Positions 1 through 7,469 of a stretch of DNA of 64,000 nucleotides are shown here, piece after piece. The notes beneath the pieces were generated by a model. That model was not told where the DNA came from. It ran no database searches and saw only the letters and a list, made by a program, of their open reading frames with translations. The DNA lies in sequence record DRR723986_6727. One strand, written 5' to 3'. Position 1 is the first letter of the stretch. Every line of letters begins with the position of its first letter. Position numbers and translations under genes: made by a program.

Positions 1-792
1 TATGCATTGCGTGCAGATATGACAAAAGAGGAATTTATTAAGGAAGTTTTAGACGGTTTAACTGAGCCACCAGGATACTTTCCTCAAAATGTAATGATGA
101 ATATTAAAGGCTATGAAAGTTTTGATAAGGTAATGACCAAGTCAAAAAACCCATTATCACCTAAAGCTTTTGAAGCTGCAGCGAGTGAAACGGAAGCAAT
201 AGTTTTAGATGTTCGTAGTCAAACGGAGTTTGTAAATGGTCACATTCCTCGTTCAATATTTATTGGTATTGACGGCAATTTTGCATCTTGGGTAGGAGCA
301 TTAATTGTTGATGTAACCCAACCAATCTTGCTGGTAGCAACAAAAGGAAGAGAGGAAGAAGTGGTTACGAGACTATCAAGAGTTGGTTTTGATAATGTAG
401 TAGGTTATTTAGACGGAAGTTTTGAGTCTTGGAAAAATACAGGAATGGATTATGACACTATACATACTATCACAGCAGAAGAGTTTTCTAAAGTCTATGA
501 AGATGTGGAAGATCAGGTATTTGATGTAAGAAGACAAGGTGAGTTTATAGCAGAGCACGTCAATTTAGCAAAACATACACCATTAGATTATTTAAATAAC
601 CACCTTAGTGAGTTTCCTGAGGAACAAACATTTTATGTGCATTGTGCAGGTGGATACCGGTCCATTATCGCAGCTTCTATATTGAAAAGTAGAGGAATTC
701 ATAATTTAATTGATGTTTCAGGCGGTTATGGTGCTATAAAGAAAACAGACATACCAAGAACAGATTATGTCTGCCCAACAACATTGAAATAA
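1..792 (+). CDS. MBL-fold persulfide dioxygenase-rhodanese fusion (CstB-like), C-terminal part; 5' end lies outside the window
   Basis: Frame is open from base 1 (YALRADM...). The PPGYFPQNVMMNIKG linker is followed by a Cys-less pseudo-rhodanese domain (LDVRSQTEFVNGHIP) and a catalytic rhodanese domain (DVRRQGEF...HCAGGYRS). The MBL domain itself is not in the window and is inferred. Confidence 0.8.
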   Translation, partial: YALRADMTKEEFIKEVLDGLTEPPGYFPQNVMMNIKGYESFDKVMTKSKNPLSPKAFEAAASETEAIVLDVRSQTEFVNGHIPRSIFIGIDGNFASWVGALIVDVTQPILLVATKGREEEVVTRLSRVGFDNVVGYLDGSFESWKNTGMDYDTIHTITAEEFSKVYEDVEDQVFDVRRQGEFIAEHVNLAKHTPLDYLNNHLSEFPEEQTFYVHCAGGYRSIIAASILKSRGIHNLIDVSGGYGAIKKTDIPRTDYVCPTTLK

Positions 793-811
793 CCTATAGG
801 TTTTAATTAGT

Positions 812-848
812 AAAGCATGTGCTATTTTAAATAGTACATGCTTTTTTT
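812..848 (+). terminator. Intrinsic terminator after the PDO-rhodanese gene
   Basis: AAAGCATGTGCTATTT / AAATAGTACATGCTTT inverted repeat followed by a T-run. Confidence 0.75.
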
Positions 849-850
849 AT

Positions 851-894
851 GTAACAATGGTTACGCATTAAGAGGCTTAATTCGTCTAAATTTA
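851..894 (+). promoter_or_regulatory. Operator GTAAC-AATG-GTTAC plus -7-like element TAAATTTA (rhodanese/cytochrome promoter)
   Basis: Palindrome at 851-864; TAAATTTA at 887-894 (offset 36). Confidence 0.75.
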
Positions 895-908
895 CATTAA
901 TATAACAC

Positions 909-1265
909 ATGAAATATTTAGTAATTATGTCATTTTTCGCCTCATTATTTGGTTCTAGTACTTCGCAGAGTAATGCTATAAAATTACTTTCAGCTGAAGA
1001 GTTTAAAGCACAAGTAGAAAATAAAAAAGTTCAATTAGTAGATGTTAGAACTCCGGTTGAGTTTAAAGGAGGGCACATAAAAGGTGCAAAAAACATAGAT
1101 TTTTTTTCAGGTAAATTCAATATAGAATTTAACAAACTAAATAAAGACAAAGCCGTTTATGTGTATTGTCGTAGTGGAAGCCGAAGTAGACAAACTTCAA
1201 AGAAGTTAGAAGCAATGGGCTTTACAGAAATCTATGATTTAAAAGGAGGGATTTTAAGATATTAA
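909..1265 (+). CDS. Single-domain rhodanese (sulfurtransferase)
   Basis: LVDVRTPVEFKGGHIKGA and active-site loop YCRSGSRS; true start may be Met7 (MSFFASLFG). Confidence 0.9.
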   Translation: MKYLVIMSFFASLFGSSTSQSNAIKLLSAEEFKAQVENKKVQLVDVRTPVEFKGGHIKGAKNIDFFSGKFNIEFNKLNKDKAVYVYCRSGSRSRQTSKKLEAMGFTEIYDLKGGILRY

Positions 1266-1276
1266 GTAACATAAAT

Positions 1277-2305
1277 ATGAAACACGCATTAATAATTGCC
1301 TTAGCATCAGTATTGGTTTTTAGTTGTAATGATTCAAAAAACAAGAACTTATCAGCATTCGAAATGCAAATGGAAGCAAATAAGCATCCTGGTAAAAAAC
1401 TAATGGAAACCAGTTGTTACGTTTGCCATAGTCCTACTGCAGGCCATGATGATAGAATAGGACCACCTATGGTGGCTATAAAAAGACATTACATAAACGA
1501 TAATACTACTAAAGAAGCGTTTATTAAAGCAATGCAAGCTTGGATAAGAAATCCTAATGAAGATGATGCTAAAATGCGTGGAGCGGTAAGACGATTTGGT
1601 GTAATGCCAAAGCAAGCCTTTCCTGAAGAAACTATAGAGCAAATAGCTGATTATATGTTTGATTTTGAAATTGACCAACCAGAATGGTTTGAAGACCACT
1701 TTAAAGAAGAACGAGGCAAGCATCAGGGCAATGGAATGGGTAAAGGAAAAGGTATGGGTAAAGGAAAAGGCCAAGGTAAAGGCAAGCATAATGAGCAAGC
1801 GAGTTCTAATATTGAAAATTTACCTTACGGTGATCGCGGACTTAAGTATGCACTTAGCACCAAAGCTGTTTTAGGCAAAAATCTTATGGGTACCATTCAA
1901 AAACATGGAACCTTAGCCGCTTTAGAGTTTTGTAATGAACGCGCATACCCATTAACCGACAGTATGAGTGTAGTGCACAATGCGACTATTAAAAGAATAT
2001 CAGATAAACCTAGAAATTCTAAAAATGTGGCGAATACTGAAGAGTTAGAATATATAAACACATTTAAACAACAATTAGCGAATAAATTAGAAATGCAGCC
2101 CATTGTTAAGGAGCAAGAAAATGTTGTAAATGTCTATTACCCAATTACTACAAATACTATGTGTCTACAATGTCATGGTAAACCAGAAGAAGATATAAAG
2201 CCAGAAGTTTTAAGCAGGCTTGCAACGTTATATCCAATTGACCAAGCTATAGGTTACTCTACAGATGAAATTAGAGGGATTTGGAATATCACTTATAGTA
2301 AATAA
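1277..2305 (+). CDS. Diheme c-type cytochrome lipoprotein with C-terminal Tll0287-like (DUF3365) domain
   Basis: Lipobox LVFSC; two CxxCH motifs (CYVCH, CLQCH); FCNERA, RISDKPRN and GYSTDEIRG motifs of DUF3365. Confidence 0.85.
   Translation: MKHALIIALASVLVFSCNDSKNKNLSAFEMQMEANKHPGKKLMETSCYVCHSPTAGHDDRIGPPMVAIKRHYINDNTTKEAFIKAMQAWIRNPNEDDAKMRGAVRRFGVMPKQAFPEETIEQIADYMFDFEIDQPEWFEDHFKEERGKHQGNGMGKGKGMGKGKGQGKGKHNEQASSNIENLPYGDRGLKYALSTKAVLGKNLMGTIQKHGTLAALEFCNERAYPLTDSMSVVHNATIKRISDKPRNSKNVANTEELEYINTFKQQLANKLEMQPIVKEQENVVNVYYPITTNTMCLQCHGKPEEDIKPEVLSRLATLYPIDQAIGYSTDEIRGIWNITYSK
1736..1789 (+). repeat. In-frame 18-bp tandem repeat (about 3 copies) encoding MGKGKG/QGKGKH
   Basis: ATGGGTAAAGGAAAAGGT ATGGGTAAAGGAAAAGGC CAAGGTAAAGGCAAGCAT. 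Confidence 0.85.
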
Positions 2306-2311
2306 CACTTC

Positions 2312-2355
2312 TGTAACAATAGTTACATTTTTTCATTTAAAAGGCTATAATTTTA
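2312..2355 (+). promoter_or_regulatory. Operator TGTAAC-AATA-GTTACA plus -7-like element TAATTTTA (sqr promoter)
   Basis: Perfect 6-bp-arm palindrome at 2312-2327; TAATTTTA at 2348-2355 (offset 35 from GTAAC). Confidence 0.8.
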
Positions 2356-2391
2356 AAGAGATTGACTAACTAAACTTTTTAAAATTATCTC

Positions 2392-3654
2392 ATGAAATCA
2401 CATTACCAAATTTTAGTAATTGGAGGTGGCACAGGAGGCATTATGACATCTGCCAATCTTTTAGCAAAAGATAAATCCTTAGATATCGGTTTAATTGAGC
2501 CAGCAGAATGGCATTATTATCAACCTGCCTGGACACTCGTTGGAGGTGGTACCTTCGATTTTGAAAAAACTAAACGCTCTATGGCTTCTATTATGCCCAA
2601 AGTAGTAGATTGGATAAAAGATTATGCTACAGGTTTTAACCCAGAAGGTAATGCCGTATCAACACAAATAAATGGAGATATAACTTACGATTATTTAATA
2701 GTCTCACCAGGTCTGGTTATGGATACCTCATTAATTGAAGGCTTAACAGAATCTTTAGGGAAAGGAGTGGTGTGTAGCAACTATACGGATCCTAAACACA
2801 CCTGGGAAGTTTTAAGAAATTTTAAAGGTGGAAATGCCGTATTTACGCAACCTACAACACCAATAAAGTGCGGTGGAGCGCCCCAAAAGATAGCCTATTT
2901 GGCTGCGGATTACTTTAAGAAGAATGGATTAAAAAATAAATCTAACGTCGTATTTGCAACACCTGGTTCTGTAATTTTTGGTGTTAAAGAAATCCGCGAA
3001 AGTTTAATGCAGGTAATAAGTAAATATGGGATTCATTTTAAACCCTTTTATGCACCAATAAAGATAGATGGCGAGAATCAAATGGTTACATTCAGAGGTG
3101 TAGGTACAGGAGAAAACAAATGTGTTATTAATGAAGACAATGAGTTACAAGAAATAATGTCTGGTGAATCTATTATTGAAATGCCCTTTGACATGTTGCA
3201 TTTGGCACCACCACAAACAGCGCCAAAATTTGTAAAAGATTCGTCTTTAGTAAATGAAGCCGGTTGGTTAGATGTAGATATACATACACTGCAACATAAT
3301 AAGTATCCTAATATTTTTGGATTAGGTGATGTAGCGGCCTTACCAACTGCTAAAACTGGTGCTGCCATACGAAAACAAGTTCCTGTTGTTTCAGATAATA
3401 TCAGACAATTAATTGCTCACAGTAAAAAAGGAAATAAATCTTATAATGGTTATTCCTCATGTCCCTTAGTTACTGGCTATGGCAAAATGATTTTGGCCGA
3501 GTTTGATTACGATAATAATTTTATTCCAGATCCTAAACTAAAACAAATGTTGGTGTTTAATAGTGAAAAAGAACACTGGCGCTTATGGATGTTAAAAAAA
3601 TACGGCCTACCATACTTATATTGGAACAAAATGATGAAAGGGAAAGAAGTATAA
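2392..3654 (+). CDS. sqr: Sulfide:quinone oxidoreductase, type II
   Basis: FAD-binding GGGTGG; HYYQPAWTLVGGG; catalytic Cys motifs KCGGAPQK and YSSCPLVTG; LAEFDY; C-terminal LPYLYWNKMMKG helix. Confidence 0.92.
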   Translation: MKSHYQILVIGGGTGGIMTSANLLAKDKSLDIGLIEPAEWHYYQPAWTLVGGGTFDFEKTKRSMASIMPKVVDWIKDYATGFNPEGNAVSTQINGDITYDYLIVSPGLVMDTSLIEGLTESLGKGVVCSNYTDPKHTWEVLRNFKGGNAVFTQPTTPIKCGGAPQKIAYLAADYFKKNGLKNKSNVVFATPGSVIFGVKEIRESLMQVISKYGIHFKPFYAPIKIDGENQMVTFRGVGTGENKCVINEDNELQEIMSGESIIEMPFDMLHLAPPQTAPKFVKDSSLVNEAGWLDVDIHTLQHNKYPNIFGLGDVAALPTAKTGAAIRKQVPVVSDNIRQLIAHSKKGNKSYNGYSSCPLVTGYGKMILAEFDYDNNFIPDPKLKQMLVFNSEKEHWRLWMLKKYGLPYLYWNKMMKGKEV

Positions 3655-3671
3655 GTGTATTGATTAATAGC

Positions 3672-3700
3672 AAAAGCATCTTTATTAAGATGCTTTTTTT
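3672..3700 (+). terminator. Intrinsic terminator after sqr
   Basis: AAAAGCATCTT-TATT-AAGATGCTTTT plus T-run. Confidence 0.8.
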
Positions 3701-3705
3701 ATTTC

Positions 3706-3749
3706 ATGACAAATATCATCTTTATTAAAGGTATTAGATGGTAATTTTA
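3706..3749 (+). promoter_or_regulatory. Variant Crp/Fnr-like box ATGAC-AAAT-ATCAT plus -7-like element TAATTTTA
   Basis: Imperfect palindrome at 3706-3719; TAATTTTA at 3742-3749 (offset 36, same as the GTAAC boxes). Confidence 0.55.
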
Positions 3750-3775
3750 CAATCGTTAACGAAAACAGACAACAC

Positions 3776-3922
3776 ATGATTAATACAGTATTAGCAGTTT
3801 ATGATTGGACCAATGGAGTGGTTATGATTTCGGTCTTTGCATTGGTTTGTCTCATATTAATAGGGGTCTTGGTTAATTTTATGACGAGTGGTAAAGGAAA
3901 GAATAAAACAGAAGACAACTAA
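3776..3922 (+). CDS. Small 48-aa single-pass membrane protein (not in ORF track)
   Basis: Hand translation MINTVLAVYDWTNGVVMISVFALVCLILIGVLVNFMTSGKGKNKTEDN*; one hydrophobic helix and a basic tail; has its own promoter and terminator. Confidence 0.7.
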   Translation: MINTVLAVYDWTNGVVMISVFALVCLILIGVLVNFMTSGKGKNKTEDN

Positions 3923-3944
3923 CTAAATTATTTATCGTTTTTTT

Positions 3945-3977
3945 AAGGGCAATTGGTTTTTCAATTGCCCTTTTTTT
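3945..3977 (+). terminator. Intrinsic terminator after the 48-aa ORF
   Basis: AAGGGCAATTG-GTTTTT-CAATTGCCCTT plus T-run. Confidence 0.85.
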
Positions 3978-4011
3978 GTTGAAGTTTTCACTATTTTATA
4001 CATGATTTCTA

Positions 4012-4055
4012 GTAACAAAGGTTACATAGGTATTGGCTATTGTTTTTTAAATTTG
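4012..4055 (+). promoter_or_regulatory. Operator GTAAC-AAAG-GTTAC plus -7 element TAAATTTG (peroxiredoxin promoter)
   Basis: Palindrome at 4012-4025; consensus TAnnTTTG at 4048-4055 (offset 36). Confidence 0.8.
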
Positions 4056-4082
4056 AATAAATAATTTAAATAACTATTTATC

Positions 4083-4742
4083 ATGAGTGAAGAAATAATA
4101 AATAAAGTTTATGCAATGCCAAGAATAGGTGACAAGGCACCAGATTTTGAAGCTGTAACAACAAAAGGGAAAATTAAATTTTCTGATTTTGCAAAAGACA
4201 AGTGGGTGGTAATGTTTTCTCATCCAGCAGATTTCACACCTGTTTGTACTACTGAAATGAGTGGTTTTGCGACCAGAAAAGCAGAGTTTGATGCTCTGAA
4301 TACGGAGTTAATAGGTTTAAGTATAGATAGTATACATGCGCACTTAGGTTGGGTTCAAAATGTTAGACAAAATACAGGAGTATACTTTGACTTTCCGATT
4401 ATTGCAGATTTAGATATGAAAGTATCAAAACTCTATGGTATGCTTCAGCCAAACGAAAGTGAAACAGCAGCTGTACGTGCGGTATTTTTTATAGACCCAA
4501 GTAAGAAAATACGTTTAATAATGTATTATCCATTAAATGTTGGTCGTAATATGGATGAAATTTTAAGAGCTTTATTGGCACTTCAGACTTCAGATAAGCA
4601 TAAAGTAGCCATGCCATTAGATTGGAAAAAAGGTGATAAAGTAATTGTTGGTCCACCAAAAACTTTAGACGAGTTAAATGAACGAATTAATGATGATACT
4701 CTAGAAAAAGTAGATTGGTATTTGGCCAAAAAAAGCTTATAA
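4083..4742 (+). CDS. Peroxiredoxin, Prx6 (1-Cys) subfamily
   Basis: FSHPADFTPVCTTE signature; YPLNVGRNMDEILR. Confidence 0.93.
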   Translation: MSEEIINKVYAMPRIGDKAPDFEAVTTKGKIKFSDFAKDKWVVMFSHPADFTPVCTTEMSGFATRKAEFDALNTELIGLSIDSIHAHLGWVQNVRQNTGVYFDFPIIADLDMKVSKLYGMLQPNESETAAVRAVFFIDPSKKIRLIMYYPLNVGRNMDEILRALLALQTSDKHKVAMPLDWKKGDKVIVGPPKTLDELNERINDDTLEKVDWYLAKKSL

Positions 4743-4797
4743 TTTATACTTAAAAAACAGCAGGTCAATAAGGTATGAGCACTAACTGTTTTTAAAT

Positions 4798-4827
4798 AAA
4801 AGAGCACCAAAACCGGTGCTCTTTTTT
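4798..4827 (+). terminator. Intrinsic terminator after peroxiredoxin
   Basis: AAAAGAGCACC-AAAACC-GGTGCTCTTTT plus T-run. Confidence 0.85.
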
Positions 4828-4829
4828 GT

Positions 4830-4873
4830 GTAACATTTGTAACTGAACAATGTATTAATAAGTCCTACTTTTA
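4830..4873 (+). promoter_or_regulatory. Operator GTAAC-ATTT-GTAAC (1 mismatch) plus -7-like element TACTTTTA
   Basis: Box at 4830-4843; TACTTTTA at 4866-4873 (offset 36). Confidence 0.6.
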
Positions 4874-4875
4874 TA

Positions 4876-4975
4876 GTCGAGTTCAATAGGGTTAAAATGT
4901 TCAAATTGGCCTATTTGACTAGGTTTTTTTGGTTAGTGTTAAGAAGCATCTTTATATAAAGATGCTTCTTGCTTT
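4876..4975 (+). ncRNA. Candidate small RNA (alternatively a 20-aa micropeptide mRNA)
   Basis: Bounded by a boxed promoter and the 14-bp hairpin AAGAAGCATCTTTA-TA-TAAAGATGCTTCTT (4941-4970). Has a 5' stem (AATAGG 4885-4890 / CCTATT 4910-4915) and a single-stranded TTTTTTTGGTTAGTG tract. Confidence 0.5.
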
Positions 4976-4976
4976 A

Positions 4977-5020
4977 GTAACCTTTGTTACGAAGCAAAAC
5001 TATTCATCAACTTAATTTTG
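4977..5020 (+). promoter_or_regulatory. Operator GTAAC-CTTT-GTTAC plus -7 element TAATTTTG (TolC/RND operon promoter)
   Basis: Palindrome at 4977-4990; consensus TAnnTTTG at 5013-5020 (offset 36). Confidence 0.8.
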
Positions 5021-5038
5021 AGATAAATTAAAACAAAG

Positions 5039-6352
5039 ATGAATAAGCTTAATTATATAGTAATAAGTATTGTATTTGGTTTTGTTGGAGTCGTAAATGC
5101 ACAAAGCATAACACCAATTTCGAAATCTGAGGTTTTGAGCATTGTATCGCAAGCTAATCATGAGATAAAAATATCTACTGAAGCATTCAACGAAGCCAAG
5201 GCAGATTATAGACAAACCAATGCTATTTTTTTACCAAACATATCGGTAGCTCATACTGCTATAGCTACTACTAATCCATTAATGGCATTTGGTTCTAAAC
5301 TTAACCAAGAGATTGTAACACAGGCAGATTTTAATCCAGATTTACTTAATGATCCTGGTCAGATTAAGAATTTCGCAACCGTATTTGAGTTTCAGCAGCC
5401 TTTAATAAATACGGAAGGATTCTACCAACGTAAAGCGGCAAAGTATAAAATGGAAGCCATGGCTTTACAAATCAATCGTGTTAAGGACTATCTAGATTTT
5501 GAAGTAGAAAATGCATATATGCAACTGCAATTAGCTTATAAAACTGTCACTGTTTTAGAGAAAGCATTACAAGTAGCAGAAGTTAACTTAGAACTGGCTC
5601 AAAATAGTTTTGATCAAGGCTATTTGCAACGTTTAGATGTTTTGCTAGTGGAGGTAAGGGTATCAGAAATCAAAAACCAATTGCAAACAGCAAAAAGCTA
5701 TGTAAAAAACGCATCTAATTATTTGTCTTTTTTAATGAATGATGAGTCAGATGGGGTTTTTCGACCTACAGATAGTTTAAGTGTGAACGACGTATTGCTG
5801 GAAGATGCAGATGAAGTCACAGAGAACCGTGCAGATATTAAGGCAATGCAGATGGTAACAGATGCCAAAGAAACATTATATAAGTCAGATAAAATGACCT
5901 TTCTACCAACTCTTAATGCATTTGGAAGCTATCAATTATACGATAACAACTTGTTTCAATTTGGTGCTGATGGTTATTTATTCGGTGCTGAATTAAAATG
6001 GAATATTCTTGAGGGCACAAAACGATTTAGTAAAACCAAGAAAGCAAAAGCGTCCTTAGAAAAATCAAAATTAGAGTATCAGCAATATGTATCTAAAAGT
6101 AAGTTAGAACTCAATAAAACCAAGCGTATGCTCGAAGACGCGTCAAACAAGATAGTTTTATCTCAATTAGCTGTAGAACAATCTAAAGAAGCACTTAGAA
6201 TACAAACAAACCGCTTTAAGGAAGGGCTAGAAAAGACTACGGATTTGCTCATGGCAGAAACCCAATTCGCACAAAAACAATTAGAATATTATCAAACCAT
6301 TTTTGAATATAACAGCACCAAAGCGTATTTAAAATTTTTAACTATAAATTAA
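5039..6352 (+). CDS. TolC-family outer membrane efflux protein
   Basis: Signal peptide; two OEP repeats (FLPNIS..., FLPTLNAFGSY); RFKEGLEKTTDLLMAETQ. Confidence 0.9.
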   Translation: MNKLNYIVISIVFGFVGVVNAQSITPISKSEVLSIVSQANHEIKISTEAFNEAKADYRQTNAIFLPNISVAHTAIATTNPLMAFGSKLNQEIVTQADFNPDLLNDPGQIKNFATVFEFQQPLINTEGFYQRKAAKYKMEAMALQINRVKDYLDFEVENAYMQLQLAYKTVTVLEKALQVAEVNLELAQNSFDQGYLQRLDVLLVEVRVSEIKNQLQTAKSYVKNASNYLSFLMNDESDGVFRPTDSLSVNDVLLEDADEVTENRADIKAMQMVTDAKETLYKSDKMTFLPTLNAFGSYQLYDNNLFQFGADGYLFGAELKWNILEGTKRFSKTKKAKASLEKSKLEYQQYVSKSKLELNKTKRMLEDASNKIVLSQLAVEQSKEALRIQTNRFKEGLEKTTDLLMAETQFAQKQLEYYQTIFEYNSTKAYLKFLTIN

Positions 6353-6353
6353 A

Positions 6354-7445
6354 ATGAAAACAACAATTATATATAGAACTCTTACTATACTTTTCATATT
6401 AGGACTGTGGAGTTGCGGACAAGAACAAAATGAACTAATCGAGGATAATTCTGCACCAATAGCAGTAAAAGTAGCAGCTACCTCTACAAATAAAAATAGC
6501 ACAGCTCTTCAGGTGAGTGGTACCATACAAGCTGTTAATAGTGCAAACCTCAGTACTCGTTTAATGGGTTTTGTGGAGCGAATTAATGTTAAGGTAGGAG
6601 ACAAGGTCTCTAAAGGACAAGTGTTAATTGCCATAAACAACAGTGATTTAGTTGCTAAGAGAGCGCAAGTAAATGCTGGTATTTCTGAAGCTAAAGCTGC
6701 CTTTACAAATGCTGAAAAGGATTTTAAGCGTTATACCAACTTATTTAAACAAAATAGTGCTTCTCAAAAGGAATTGGATGATATAACATCAAATTACAAT
6801 ATGGCTAAGGCGCGTTTAGAGTCTGCTCAGCAGATGAAAAATGAAATTAATTCCCAATTTGCTTATACAAATGTAAAAGCTCCATTTGGTGGTATAATAA
6901 CTGCTAAGTTCATTGATGAAGGTGCTTTGGCAAATCCAGGGATGCCTTTATTAGCTATAGAAACACCAAATAATTTTGAAGTTGTTGCAAGAGTTTCAGA
7001 ATCTGCAATCTCTCAAATTTCAAAAGGAACTAATACTACAGTAGTAGTATCTGCTATTAATACCGAATTAGATGGCAAAGTATCAGAAGTGAGCACATCT
7101 TCTGCACACTCTGGCGGACAGTACCTAGTAAAGGTCAGTTTAGATGCTAATGACGAGTTATTGCGTTCTGGTATGTTTGCTTCCATTCAGTTTCCTAATA
7201 TCAAAAATGAAGCGTCTCAGGCTAACGAAACCATCATGATACCTAAAGACGCAATAATAACTAATGGACAGCTTTCAGGAGTGTATACAGTAAGTCAGCA
7301 AAACACAGCTGTTCTACGATGGTTGCGATTAGGAAAATCAATAGGTAATCAGGTAGAAGTATTATCTGGATTAACCTCAAATGAAACATATATACTTTCT
7401 TCTGAAGAGAAATTATTCAATGGAGCAAAAATCAATATTCAATAA
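6354..7445 (+). CDS. RND efflux periplasmic adaptor (MFP), lipoprotein
   Basis: Lipobox LWSC; lipoyl-like VKVGDKVSKGQVL; APFGGII; LRSGMFA; VEVLSGL. Confidence 0.92.
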   Translation: MKTTIIYRTLTILFILGLWSCGQEQNELIEDNSAPIAVKVAATSTNKNSTALQVSGTIQAVNSANLSTRLMGFVERINVKVGDKVSKGQVLIAINNSDLVAKRAQVNAGISEAKAAFTNAEKDFKRYTNLFKQNSASQKELDDITSNYNMAKARLESAQQMKNEINSQFAYTNVKAPFGGIITAKFIDEGALANPGMPLLAIETPNNFEVVARVSESAISQISKGTNTTVVVSAINTELDGKVSEVSTSSAHSGGQYLVKVSLDANDELLRSGMFASIQFPNIKNEASQANETIMIPKDAIITNGQLSGVYTVSQQNTAVLRWLRLGKSIGNQVEVLSGLTSNETYILSSEEKLFNGAKINIQ

Positions 7446-7469
7446 AAAGATTATATAAAGCAGTATAAA

